A stretch of DNA of 63,981 bases, filler included, from Malassezia furfur (Eukaryota), in the NCBI GenBank assembly GCA_052055015.1. It is 6 parts of 6 records of this genome, joined end to end, with 100 filler letters (N's around TTAATTAATTAA, not from the genome) between each part and the next. Parts side by side here need not be neighbours in the genome. Positions count along the whole stretch, not along the records: positions 33,064 to 43,937 come from JBQJIT010000381.1; positions 44,038 to 54,911 come from JBQJIT010000382.1; positions 55,012 to 63,981 come from JBQJIT010000440.1; 3 more parts are not named here. One strand, given 5' to 3'. The notes under the pieces were generated by a model, which saw nothing but the letters and a program-made list of their open reading frames with translations, did not search any database and was not told the DNA's origin. Shown here piece by piece: positions 43,803 through 55,068 of the stretch (the first letter of the stretch is position 1; every line of letters begins with the position of its first letter). The translations under genes were made by a program, and so were the position numbers.

Positions 43803-43937
43803 ATGGACGACGAGGACCTCTTGCTCAACTTTGACACGTCGGCGCCCGTGCGTGCGCCCAAGCGGCGCGACACACGCAAGCGCAGCGCACGGCACCAGCC
43901 GTATACGAAGCCGGCCGCGGCGGAGGCGCGCGAGGCC
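43803..43937 (+). CDS. DBP7: Probable DEAD-box helicase Dbp7, N-terminal fragment only
   Basis: MDDEDLLLNF resembles the conserved Dbp7 N-terminus. Only 45 codons are visible before the contig ends. Confidence 0.5.
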
Positions 43938-44037
43938 NNNNNNNNNNNNNNNNNNNNNNNNNNNNNNNNNNNNNNNNNNNNTTAATTAATTAANNNNNNN
44001 NNNNNNNNNNNNNNNNNNNNNNNNNNNNNNNNNNNNN
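43938..44037. other. Artificial contig-joining linker
   Basis: N44-TTAATTAATTAA-N44. Confidence 0.98.
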
Positions 44038-44118
44038 CCGGCGCGCGCGCAGAAGAAACGAAAATTGCCCTTCCCCCTCGGCCGAAGCGACGCCCCCGCC
44101 GCTCAACCGCCTGTCGCC

Positions 44119-45594
44119 ATGGAGCTCGAGGCGAACGGCGGCGCACGCCCGCTCTCGAAGAATGCCAAACGCCGCGCGAAGCGCAAGCTGCAGCGCACAG
44201 AGGAGAAGCATGAGGAGACACAGTCACAACGTGCTGCACCGGCGCCGGCGCCCGCCGAACCCGTCGACACCATCGACACCGTCGTGGAGCCGCAACTCGA
44301 CGACGCGATGGCCGAGCAGTTTGCACATGTGCTCGAGCGCTTCCAGCCGAGCGAGGATGCGGACGCATCCGCGCCAGAAAAGGGCGAGGTGCTGTACTCG
44401 GACGACGATATGGACGAAGACGCGGCGCCCAAAGTCGCGTTTCCCCTGTCGAAGCGGCGCCAGCGCCAGATGGAGCGCATGAGCGTCGCCGAGCTCAAGC
44501 AGCTTGTCTCGCGGCCCGAGCTGGTGGAATGGAGCGATGTCGCTGCTGCGGACCCCATCCTGCTCATCCACTTGCGCACCGTGCGCAACTCGGTGCCCGT
44601 GCCCTCCCACTGGGGCTCCAAACGAGAATACCTTCAGTCGCACCGCGGCTCGGGCAAGAAACGCTACGAGCTGCCCAAGAACATTGCGGATACCGGTATC
44701 GCGACGCTGCGTGACGCGATCAACATGGCCGACACCGACAAGACGCTCAAGGCCAAGACGCGCGAGCGCGTCCAGCCGAAGCTGGGGCGCATGGACATCG
44801 ACTATCAAAAGCTGCACGACGCCTTCTTCAAGTTCCAGACGAAGCCGCCGCTGTCGGGCTATGGCGAGACATACTTTGAGGGCAAGGAATTCGAGGCGCG
44901 CATGCGCAAGCGTCGCCCAGGCGACCTGTCGCCGGCGCTCAAAGAGGCGCTGTCTATTCCGCCGCTCGCGCCGGTGCCCTGGCTGATCGCGATGCAGCGG
45001 CACGGGCCGCCGCCGAGCTACCCGCACCTGAAAATCCCGGGCTTGAATGCGCCGATCCCCAAGGGTGCCCAGTGGGGCTTCCACCCGGGCGGCTGGGGAC
45101 GCCCGCCGCTGGACGATGCGGGGAACCCCAAGTACGGCGATGTCTTTGGCGAGCAGGAGGATCCGAATGCGCCGCAGGACGCCGAGCAGCAGCCGCAGTA
45201 CCAGCACTGGGGCGAGCTCGAGTCGGACGAGGACGAAGAGAGCGAGGAGGAGGAGGAGGAGGAGGAGGAAGAGGCCGACGAGCCAGCCGACGAGGAAGAG
45301 GAGGAAGAAGAGGAGGAGGAAGAGGAAGACACGGGCGGGATCGAGATCGAGGGGACACAGACGCCCTCGGGGCTCGAGACGCCCTCGGGCATCCAGTCCG
45401 TCGCCGAGGGTCTCGAGACGCCTGCGCACATCGAGCTGCGCAAACATACCAAGCCGACCGTGCCGCGCCCCACCGGCCCGCCGCCCCAACTATACCAAGT
45501 CATTCCCGAGCGCGAGGGCGGCGGCCAGGCACAGGGGTTCATGGGCAGCGAACGTCTGTACGATTTCTCTTCGCAGTCGCGAGACTCTACATAG
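44119..45594 (+). CDS. CUS1: SF3b subunit 2 (Cus1/SF3B2)
   Basis: SVAELKQLVSRPELVEW, RNSVPVPSHW, DIDYQKLHDAFFKFQTKP, PSP domain GPPPSYPHLKIPGLNAPIP, WGFHPGGWGRPP; poly-Glu tract. Confidence 0.96.
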   Translation: MELEANGGARPLSKNAKRRAKRKLQRTEEKHEETQSQRAAPAPAPAEPVDTIDTVVEPQLDDAMAEQFAHVLERFQPSEDADASAPEKGEVLYSDDDMDEDAAPKVAFPLSKRRQRQMERMSVAELKQLVSRPELVEWSDVAAADPILLIHLRTVRNSVPVPSHWGSKREYLQSHRGSGKKRYELPKNIADTGIATLRDAINMADTDKTLKAKTRERVQPKLGRMDIDYQKLHDAFFKFQTKPPLSGYGETYFEGKEFEARMRKRRPGDLSPALKEALSIPPLAPVPWLIAMQRHGPPPSYPHLKIPGLNAPIPKGAQWGFHPGGWGRPPLDDAGNPKYGDVFGEQEDPNAPQDAEQQPQYQHWGELESDEDEESEEEEEEEEEEADEPADEEEEEEEEEEEEDTGGIEIEGTQTPSGLETPSGIQSVAEGLETPAHIELRKHTKPTVPRPTGPPPQLYQVIPEREGGGQAQGFMGSERLYDFSSQSRDST

Positions 45595-45595
45595 T

Positions 45596-48500
45596 CTAGT
45601 CCTTCCATTCTTGCAGGAATGCATCGGCTTCTTGCATGATCGCACTGAGCGTCTTGCGGTGGCCGCCTGGGCGCTGCGTGCCCGAGGTGCTGCGCACATT
45701 CGGGATTGGCGTCCGCTTCGCCTGCGTGCCGGACACAGAGCGCCTCTTCTCGGTGGTGGGGCCACTGGGTCCGCGCTGCTCGTCGTCCTCAGTCGCGGAC
45801 GATGCCGTCGACGTCCCATGCGATGCCGTCGACGTCGTGCGCGGCATGGGCGCCGAGGGACCTGCGGGTGGGGGGGTGCCCGACGCCTCGGTGGGCTCCG
45901 ATGCAGGATCAGGACGCGGCGCGCGCTTGGCGTCCGTGGCCGGAGCATCGCTGGGGGCCGCCGCTTCCGTCGACGGGCGTGGCGAGTCGGCCGGGGCTGT
46001 GTCACCAGACGCATCCGCGACCGCACTCGGTGGCGCCTGCGTCGTTGGCACCGGCGGCACTGGGCGCTTGGAGGGTGTCGGCGCGTTAACTTCCGTGCTC
46101 TGGGACACCGAGGGCGTCGCAACGCCCGCCGGCGCAAGGTCGGTGGTGTTCTTGCGGGGGGGCAGCGCCGGGGTTGAGACGTCCGCCGACCCCTTCGCCT
46201 GCTCCGATGGGACCTGCGCGGGGATCGGTGGCAGGTCCCGTTCGCTGGACAGATCGGCGCGGCTTGCATCGGGCGCCGCACGCGGCGAGTCCTGCATCAG
46301 CCAGTCATCCTGCATCGGCGGCGTGTTCTGCGGTACGCCGGTCGGCGAGCGCGGCGGTGGCGCCGCAGCCGACGGCGGCGTCGTGTCCAGCAAGAACTTG
46401 GGGACCGCACTGCGTGCCTCGGGAGTCCGCCGCGTCGGGGTGCGAAGCGAGCGCAGGCTCGGACTGGCGCCGGAGCGTGGGCTGCGGGCCGGCAGCGAAG
46501 GGGCCCGTGGCGGCGTCGAGAGGTGAGGCACCGTGCCAAACACGTCGGCCTCGCCGCTCGGTGCATCGCGCGAGCCGAACGAGGGCGTGCGCTGCATGGG
46601 CGGCGCACCCGAGGGCGCATCCGACGGGGTCGCCGTCGGGCCTCGCAGCGTCGCAGAGCTCGTGTCTGCGGGAGGCGCCTTGCTCGCTTCCGAGTCGTGC
46701 GCCGGTTCTGCCGTCGGCGGTTCGGTACTCGCTGCCGCATGGCGCACCTCGTCCGTGTGCTGCGGGGTAGATGGCTGCGCCTGCTTCGCGACCGGCGCCG
46801 GTTTCGTGGGCGTCGGCGGACTCACCCCGGACAAGTCGCGCACGGCTGCAGTCGAGGGTGGTGCGTCGCGCTCGAGTTTCGGCGTGTCGGTGTCGCGATC
46901 CGGCCCCTTGCTAGCATGGCTGGCAGGGTCCGCCTCTCCCTTGGCATCCTGCGACCCAGGCGGCGTCGTGAGCGGCGCCGGCGTACCCGCCACGACAATG
47001 TGCTCGGGCGTATTGTCGGCCGACTCTTCCTCCTGCGAGTACTCCGACTCGGATTCGTCGGTCGCACGCGTGGACGCCGAGTGGGGCGCCGAGGACGCCT
47101 CCTGCGGGCGCTCCTCGTCGTGCACCTCGGTCCGCTGCGTCGCGTCAAGCCTGCCGAGATCCACCGGCGCACGCACCGCCTCATCAACGGAGCCCGACAT
47201 GTCGCTGGCCTGGGCGTCCCAGTCGGAGTCGACGCCCGAGTGCCGGTGCAGCGCCTGCGACGCACGCGAGGGGTTCGACACCCAGAGATCGGGTACGTCG
47301 TCGTCGTCCTCGCCCTCGCTCGAGTCTGGCTCGTTGCCGGACAGGTACGACGTCGGCTGTGTCGCAGACGTCGGCGCACCGCTCGATTCGTCTGCGGATC
47401 GCTCATGCAGCGGCGGCTCGAGCGCACTGAAGCGATCGACCACCTGGTGCTGCGTAATGCGCGACGTTTCGTGTGGGTCGCGCACAGATGGCATATGACT
47501 CGACACGCCCGATTCGTCTCCTCCCGAGGTGACATGCAGCGGCGGCTCCAATGCGCTGAATCGGTCCACCACCTGGTGCACGGCGATGCGTTCTTCTTCT
47601 GCCGAGGCACCGTCCCACACGTGCCGAGCGTCTCGCACGCTGGGCTGCGGAGAACGCGGAGTAGAAGTCTCGTGTAGCGGCGGCTCCAGCCCACTGAATC
47701 GGTCCACCACTTGGTGCACGGCGACGCGTTCCTCTTCTGCCGAAGCGTCCGCCGACACAGGCCGCGCATCGGGCGCGGTGGGCTGCGGAGAATGCGGCGT
47801 CGTGGTCGCGTGCAGTGGCGGCTCGAGCGCACTGAACCGGTCCACGACCTGGTGCACCGCCACACGCTCTTCCTCGGGCGACGCATCCTCCGACACATAC
47901 CGGCGATCGGGCGGCGGCGATGCGCGGTGCTGCGGCTGCTCGGCCGCACGGCGCGTCGCTTCCGGCAAGGTGCTCGCGCTGGCGTCAGCGTTGCGCGGCG
48001 CGGCGCCGGCATCGAGTGCCAGCTCCAGTGCTTGCCGGCTCACGTCGGTGGAGGCGGCCATGTTCGGCGACCGAGGCACAGCATGCTCGGCTTGCAGCGG
48101 CGGCTCCAGCGAACTGAAGCGGTCCAGTGTCTGGTGCAGCGCAACACGCTCCTGCTCCTTGGTCGCGCCGTGGCCGAGGTGCCGCATCCCATGTTGGAAA
48201 CTGTCGGAGCGCTGAATACCGCGAAGGCGGTCACGCACATGGCCGTCGGATCCCGCAAAGTGGTCCAGCGTCGCGCGGTCGTCCAAATGAGTGGCTTGCG
48301 GCCCGCGCGGCGCGGCGAGCACGGCCTCATCCAGATCCTGCTCGTTGTTCCAATGCGTGTGGCCCTGATGGAAATGCGTATGCGAAGTGCGATGGGGTGA
48401 TGCGGTAGACGGATGAGTGGACGGAGTAGGGTCGGCCTTCGGGAGCGCAGAACCGTCGGTAGTCGGCTCGGACGATGGAGCACGCTCAACAGAAGAGGAA

Positions 48501-51500
48501 GGCGCATCCGTCTCGGTGGCGTGCGGAGCAGCAAGCTCGGCCGTGTCTTGAGACATCGATGCCTCTGCTTCGTCCGGAACAGAAGACTCCGCAAGAGCTG
48601 TACTGACAGGCTCCGTCTTGGACAAGCTCGTGTCGGCTTGCTCGGGCGTCAGGCTCGGCGTGGCCGCCTGCGTTTTACCCGCGCCAGAGAGAAGATCCTG
48701 TGTGGACTCCGTCGCCTCCTGGCCCTCGACAGGCGAATCTGCAGGCTCATCCAGGGTCGAACGAGGAACAGACGCCGTCTCGGTCGATCCGGGCAAATTC
48801 GCCTTCTCGGGCAGGTCGGTCGGTTCAGTTGCACCTGCCGGGTTGCCAGTTTCGGTGGCTCCTGCCGTTTGCGGCTCCACCTTAGGCGCTCCCGGCATCG
48901 GAACATCGACGGCCTGGCGAGTCGATCCCGAAGGAGCTACGACTGACCATGCCTTGTCCTCAGACACATTCTTGTCTTGAGACGGCATGCTTGTCGCGCT
49001 CGTCCCGGAAAGCGACGACACGTCCTTCGGTGGCAATGGAGGAGGCACATCCTGCGTAGCATTGGTCGCAGTCGTTGCCTCCTGCGAAGGGCTAGCAGCG
49101 TCGCCAGCCTCCTCTGCGGGCGATTCTCCTGTGTCACCGACTAGACGCTGCGCCTCTGCGCCTTGTGATACCTCGGTAGCCTCACGGCCCATTTGCTCGG
49201 TATCTTGCTCGTTCTTGCTCAGCTGTGTATCACTGAGTGGCTCTTCTAGTGGATGCCTCGTGTGGTCCGCCGGCACATCCAACTCGGCCATCGCTGACAC
49301 AAGCGAGGGACCCGTTTCACCCTCCGCTGGCGGAACTTCGACGTCCGACCGCTGCGAGTCGGCCTCATCGGCCAAAGTCGTGCCGGTCAAAGGTGGCTCA
49401 AGAGTATGGCGCTCCGTAGGCATTGGCTCTTCTTCCAGTCCGTCGAGACGACCGAGGATAGACGACTGGGTCGCACCGTCAGAGAGGTTCTGATCGCTCG
49501 CATTTGCAGCGGGTGGCTCCACGCCCGACTCGTCCGCTAGCATTTGCGTCCCGAGCGGTTCTTCCAATGCAGGAGTTTCGTCCACATGGACCTTGTCGAG
49601 CGACTTGGTGAGCTCGTCCACAGGACCATCAGGATCGTTGCTCGGGGCTGCTGGCGTCCCGGACGAAAGCTCAGACTGCGCCGTGCGCTCATCCGCACGC
49701 TCGTCCGTGCGTGCACCCACAGAATCGCCCGCGTGCTCGTCCATGTGCTCCGTACCGCTGGCCGGTGCTTGGCCAGGAGAAGCCTCGTCTTGGGTGGTGT
49801 CTTTGGCTGCAATGTCCGACACATGAATCCCTTCGCTTGTTTGGGCCACCGATGCAGCGGAAAGGCTGGTCTCGTCTCCCTTCTGCTCCGCCGTGGTCAT
49901 GACAGCATCATCTTTGCCCGTCGACTGCAAACCTGGCAAGTCGGCGTTGCCAGTCGATTCGCCGAGCTCCGTAGTCTCCTGGTGCAAGGCGGTGCCTGTC
50001 TCCAGCGATGACGTAGGGTCCGCAGATACCGATGGCACTTCGTCTTTTTCTTGCGCCGAGAGTTCTTTGCCGATTGGTTCAGTCGACGGCGTTTGGGAAA
50101 CAGGTGCTTCCTCATGGTCTGCCACAGCCGCTCGCTCGTCCATAGCTTCCGGCAAATCTTCCGTACGGGACGACTTGAGGCTAGTGTTTGCCTCGGTCTC
50201 AGTGTCAGGCTGGATAGAGGCGGACTTGTCCTGGATATCATCCGCACTGGGTGTCACCGCAGAAATGTCCTGGGTACCCTTAGAAACATTAGCGGAGTTG
50301 AGTGCGTCTGTAGAGGAGGAAACGTCAGTAGGTTCACCTTCATCTTCAGTTGCACGTTCAACACCAGCGTCTGTGCTCGGTGTTGCATCTGCCCCCTCAG
50401 GTTTGCCATCAAGCACATCGGCACTGCGGGATACGTCGAGCGACGCATCAGCTTCAACAGGTGCGTCCGGCTCGTCTGCAACGGGCTCCTCCTGAGAGAC
50501 ATTCGCACCCTGTTGGTCCTGATCTGATACATCGGCCGTGCTTGGCTCTTGGCCTGCCGTGTCTTCAGCTGCAGATTCGGGCGCATCGACAGGCGTGGCC
50601 GACATGTCGTCAGATACTGGAGCCGTGCTCGCGCTCCGAGAGACATCTTCGAAGCTCTTTTCAGCCGTCTCATCGCCGACAGCCTCTGAACTTTCATCTG
50701 GTTCGTCAGACCTTGCTGTGGTGCCGGTAAGATGCACCGACTTCCGAAGGCGCTCCTGGAGTGATTTGCGAGCAGACACCCGCGCATCGCCGCTCAAGGA
50801 AGTGTCGGGCGTCTCCTCTGGCACATGGGTTGCATCGCTTGGAGCCTCCACCTCGACCGCTGCGTCTGGCTTTGCCGTTTCGTCGGTCAAGGTCGCGTCT
50901 TTAGTAACATCGGGAGCCTCTGCAACCTCGGCTTCGTCCTTTCCTGTCTCAAGAGCATCGGTGCTCTCGTCCGTAGCTTTATCAAGCACAGGGGGCGTTG
51001 TCGCTGCCGACTCCTTGGCCTGTTCCGCCGCGAGAGCGTCGTCAGGCCCGGGGACCTCAGGCTGGCTGGCCTCCTGCTGTTGCGATGCACTGACGGCCTT
51101 TGGTACAGGCGACGTCTTCTTGCGTTGTACCTCGGGTATCGTACCGTCGCGCAAGAACGCTTCGGCATCTTCGTCGTTGATCTGAGCATCGGCCAGGCCC
51201 AGACTCGCGAAGAGCTCTTCGTTCCGCCGCGCATGCTCTGTTTCTGCCTGTCGTGCCCGGCGCTCCTCCATAATCTCTTGCAGAGGGCGGCGATTCAGCT
51301 TGACACGCGGTGCAGGTCCGCGTGGCTTCGGCTCGACGCCGATCGCACGGGCCGCTTCCTCGACCAGGTTACGGGTGCCTGGTTCATAACGGGCATGGTC
51401 CGACATAGATGCAGACGTGCTGGCCGTCGACGGCACCGAAGGTGGTGCAGTACGGCTGGACGGGGTGTAGGTGCGCCGCGGCGTGCGTTTAAGTGGTTTC

Positions 51501-52014
51501 TCGAGCTCCTTGAGGAGCGAGTCGACGTCGGCATCCGAAATCGTCGTTCCCTGCGGGAGCAGCTCTGACAGCATATAGTCTGCATCTTCGGAGTATGCCG
51601 ATTTGCTGGCAACCGAAGGAGTGGCCATCAGTGTCGGGACAGGTGGGATCCGTTCACGACCGCTTCCCGCCGGCTGAGCGGGCGTTTCTGGTTTGGGTTG
51701 CGGCGCTGCCACCGTTTCCACGCCCAGAAACTGCCGCAGTTCGCCATATTCCACTGCCTCCTCAAACTCCTCGTAGGAGCCGACCCATTCGTTACGCACG
51801 AGCAGCCCTGGAATGCGCGGATCGCGTGCCTGACTCAGCGTAGAATACGTACCTTTCGTCGCCATCGCCGCTTGGCTTCGTCGTCCGAGGCGAGATCATA
51901 GAATACAAAGGGGATTTTTTGTGCCGTGAGCACGGTTATGTATCGGTCATGCCGATTCCTGGTCACTGGGTTGCCCAGGATCGACGTGGTGAACAGCTCG
52001 ACCTCCGCACTCAT
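45596..52014 (-). CDS. About 2130-aa protein: N-terminal SH3BGR/glutaredoxin-like domain plus a long acidic disordered region with internal repeats
   Basis: Exon 1 MSAEVELFTTSI..YDLASDDEAKRRWRRK, intron 51830-51852 (23 nt), then ARDPRIPGLLVRNEWVGSYEEFEEAVEYGELRQFL and a stop-free 6.2-kb exon. Confidence 0.8.
47405..48160 (-). repeat. Five coding repeats, consensus EERVAVHQVVDRFSALEPPLH
   Basis: Five copies of (H)Q(V/T)(V/L)DRFS(A/G/S)LEPPL in the translation; the three central copies are spaced 138 nt (46 aa) apart. Confidence 0.85.
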
Positions 52015-52109
52015 GAACCCTGGGAGCAACACTGACCGGCCACGGCGGAGTGTCACGTGCATTCGATCGGCGGCCGCGCGTCCGACGCCTCGTTGCTCCG
52101 ATCGACGAC

Positions 52110-53004
52110 ATGGCCAGTGTGCAGCTCGAGGAGCAGCGCAAGAGCGGCTTTGATTTCTCGAATCATACGCGCAATGCGGCTCTCGCGGCTAAGGGACATG
52201 CGGTGCCGCGCGCGACCAGCACGGGTACGACCATCGTCGGCCTGATCTACAAAGATGGTGTAGTGCTCGGCGCGGACACACGCGCGACGGAGGGTCCCAT
52301 CGTCGCCGACAAGAACTGTGAGAAGATCCACTATATCTCGGACCACATTCGGTGCTGTGGTGCCGGAACTGCAGCGGATACGGAATTCGTTACGAACCTG
52401 ATTTCGAGCAACATTCAGCTCCACGAGCTCAACACTCGCAAGCGCGCGCGTGTGGTGACGGCGATGACGCTGCTGAAGCAGCGGCTGTTCCAGTACCAGG
52501 GACACATTGGAGCTGCGCTTGTCCTGGGTGGCTACGACACGACCGGGCCGCAGCTCTTCACCATTGCGCCGCATGGCTCGACGGACAAGCTGCCCTATGT
52601 CACGATGGGCTCCGGTTCGCTTGCAGCCATGTCTGTGTTTGAGAGCCGCTGGCGTCCCAATATGGAGGTACGTGTATTCACTCATCATGCAGGAAGCGGA
52701 TGCCATTGAGCTTGTCGTGGATGCAATTGAGTCGGGCATCTTTAACGACTTGGGTTCGGGTTCGAACGTCGACGTGTGTGTGATCCGCGAAAAGACGACG
52801 CAGATGCTGCGTAACTACCGCAAGCCCAACGAGCGTGTGCACAAGGAGAAGGACTACAAGTTCCCGCGGGGGACCACGGCGTGGACGAAGGAGCAGATTT
52901 ACGACATGATTGTCCAAGAGAGTACGTCTCCGCAAGCTTACCCAGATGTGATCGACCTGGACACCACGCAGGGGTCCGAAGGGATGGAGATGGATGCCTC
53001 GTAA
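52110..53004 (+). CDS. PUP1: 20S proteasome subunit beta-2
   Basis: GFDFSN propeptide, [41 protein letters not shown]. Introns 52668-52692 (25 nt) and 52922-52945 (24 nt). Confidence 0.97.
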
Positions 53005-53160
53005 AAGACATAGACACGTCCTTGCTGGCTTGTGTGCCTGGAGCGCCCGCGCCAGGGCCACCTGGTGGCCGAGGCCCCCGCTGACTCAGCAACACAAATA
53101 CGGCCGCGCGCATTGGCCGGTGAGCCGGCGTGAGTGGAGTAGCACCTCGGTAGCAACACG

Positions 53161-54822
53161 ATGAGCTCACCGAGCTCGGGGAAGACGGAGCGTGTGTATG
53201 TCGGCCCAGTCGGGTCGATCCCTGAGGGCGAAATGCTCGAGGTGCCCCTGGATACCGGGGACCTCGCTGTGAACGCCCTCGTGGCCAACGTGCGCGGAAC
53301 GATTGTTGCGACGACGTCGCGGTGTACGCACTACGGAATGCCGCTCGCCAAGGGCGTGCTGACTGCTGACGGGCGCGTTTACTGCCCCTTCCATGGTGCA
53401 TGCTTCCGGATGGCGACTGGTGACATTGAGGATGCGCCTGGCCTCGACCCACTGAAAAAGATTCCCGTGGAAATCGACGGCGACGAAGTGTACCTCAACG
53501 TGGACATCGATGCACTCAAGCAGCCGACCGATTCGGTGCGCAAAGAGCCGGCCAAGGATCAACCCCATACGGTGTTTGTGGGTGGCGGTCCTGTGGCTCT
53601 GAATGCGGTGCAAGAAATGCGGCGGCGCGGCTACAAAGGCGCCATTACTGTACTGACGGCCGAGCCGTACCCCACGATCGACCGGCCCAAGCTCAGCAAA
53701 GGCCAGGCACCCCAGCTCGACCAGCTGCTGATTCGCGATGAAAAGTACTGGCGCGAGCGCTTAAACGTCGATCAGCGCACGTCCTGCTACGCCTACGCCG
53801 TGGATACGAGTACTCAGCGCGTGTTGGTGCGCGGCGACGATATTGTGCCATACGACAACCTCGTACTGGCCACCGGGTCCCTTTCACGGCGCTTGCCCAT
53901 TGAGGGTGCAAAGCTCGATGGCGTTTATACGCTGCGCTCGCTCAGCGACGCTCAGAAGATCAGTGATGCGCTGGAGCGGCGCACCCAGCAAGACCTGGTG
54001 ATCATCGGCACGGGCTTTATTGGGCTGGAGATGGGCATTGCGTTTGCGCGGCGTGCCAAAGTTACGCTGATCGGGCAGACGCACGTCCCACTTGAAGGGC
54101 CGCTTGGGCGGCAGGTCGGCTATGGCCTGCAGACGGCCATCGTCAACGAACGTCCCCTGCGCTTCCTCAATGCGGTCGACGTTGTGCGGATAGAGTCGGG
54201 AGCGAACGGGCACGTGGCCGGAGTGGTGGTACAGCCGCGTGCGAAGGGCTCTGCCGAGGTGTACCTGCCCGCCGACATTGTGCTCATGTCGACCGGTGCG
54301 ATGCCTGCGACGCAGTTTTTGCGCAACTCGCCCACCTTCCCGACCCTGCGTCCCGATGGGTCCGTGGAGGTGGACTCGGCCTTGCGTGTGGTGGGTGTGA
54401 ACAACGTGTATGCGGGAGGTGACATTGCGGCGTACCCCACGGGCCATGGGCTTACGCGGATTGAGCACTGGAACGTCGCGAGCAACCACGGCCGCGAGAT
54501 TGGGCGGTCGCTTGCCACTGGCCATGTGCGTGCCTACACACACATCCCCGTGTTCTGGTCTGGCCTTGGAACGACGATGCGGTACGTCGGGCATGATGCT
54601 GGGTTCAATGCCGTGCACGTGGAGGGCGAGCCGGACGAGGAAGAGTTTGTCGCCTACTATGCGAAGGACGACCGGGTGATTGCCGTTGCGACGATGCGGC
54701 GGGACCCGGTCATGGTCCAGGCACTTGCATTAATGCGTGCAGGCAAGATGCCGCGCCTGAGCGAGCTTGTGCGTGGCGTGGACTTGATGCAGGTGCCGCT
54801 CGCGCCGAGCGGCCAGCTGTGA
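53161..54822 (+). CDS. Rieske-domain flavoprotein oxidoreductase (AIF-like, AIFM3/Aif1 type)
   Basis: Rieske motif CTHYG..CPFHGACF; DRPKLSK, LATGS, IGTGFIGLE, GGDIA, RIEHWNVA, PVFWS. Confidence 0.9.
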   Translation: MSSPSSGKTERVYVGPVGSIPEGEMLEVPLDTGDLAVNALVANVRGTIVATTSRCTHYGMPLAKGVLTADGRVYCPFHGACFRMATGDIEDAPGLDPLKKIPVEIDGDEVYLNVDIDALKQPTDSVRKEPAKDQPHTVFVGGGPVALNAVQEMRRRGYKGAITVLTAEPYPTIDRPKLSKGQAPQLDQLLIRDEKYWRERLNVDQRTSCYAYAVDTSTQRVLVRGDDIVPYDNLVLATGSLSRRLPIEGAKLDGVYTLRSLSDAQKISDALERRTQQDLVIIGTGFIGLEMGIAFARRAKVTLIGQTHVPLEGPLGRQVGYGLQTAIVNERPLRFLNAVDVVRIESGANGHVAGVVVQPRAKGSAEVYLPADIVLMSTGAMPATQFLRNSPTFPTLRPDGSVEVDSALRVVGVNNVYAGGDIAAYPTGHGLTRIEHWNVASNHGREIGRSLATGHVRAYTHIPVFWSGLGTTMRYVGHDAGFNAVHVEGEPDEEEFVAYYAKDDRVIAVATMRRDPVMVQALALMRAGKMPRLSELVRGVDLMQVPLAPSGQL

Positions 54823-54911
54823 GCGAGTGTGTGGGGAAGTGGAGGCCGCGCCGGGGGACGGCGCGGGGGGCCGCGTCTGTAGAGTCGATCCGTGCACCAT
54901 TTAGTCATTCC

Positions 54912-55011
54912 NNNNNNNNNNNNNNNNNNNNNNNNNNNNNNNNNNNNNNNNNNNNTTAATTAATTAANNNNNNNNNNNNNNNNNNNNNNNNNNNNNNNNN
55001 NNNNNNNNNNN
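54912..55011. other. Artificial contig-joining linker
   Basis: N44-TTAATTAATTAA-N44. Confidence 0.98.
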
Positions 55012-55068
55012 TCGCACCGTCGCCATGCCGACACAACGCACAACGCGAGGCGACGCGCGACGCGTTAG

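Noticed and set aside
45230..45330. GAG/GAA microsatellite
   Set aside because: Ordinary poly-Glu linker in SF3B2.
45558..45576. Possible 19-nt intron GTACGATTTCTCTTCGCAG at the end of CUS1
   Set aside because: It has no branch motif and would delete the conserved YD residues.
9639..45594. Apparent clusters of splicing genes (PRP9, AAR2, CUS1) and DNA-repair genes (NBS1, RAD2, CHK1)
   Set aside because: Most lie on different contigs joined arbitrarily. Only RAD2 and CHK1 share a contig, which is not enough to call a cluster.
10965..55011. Five regularly spaced TTAATTAATTAA motifs about 11 kb apart
   Set aside because: They are synthetic linkers flanked by exactly 44 N. The spacing reflects contigs sorted by length.
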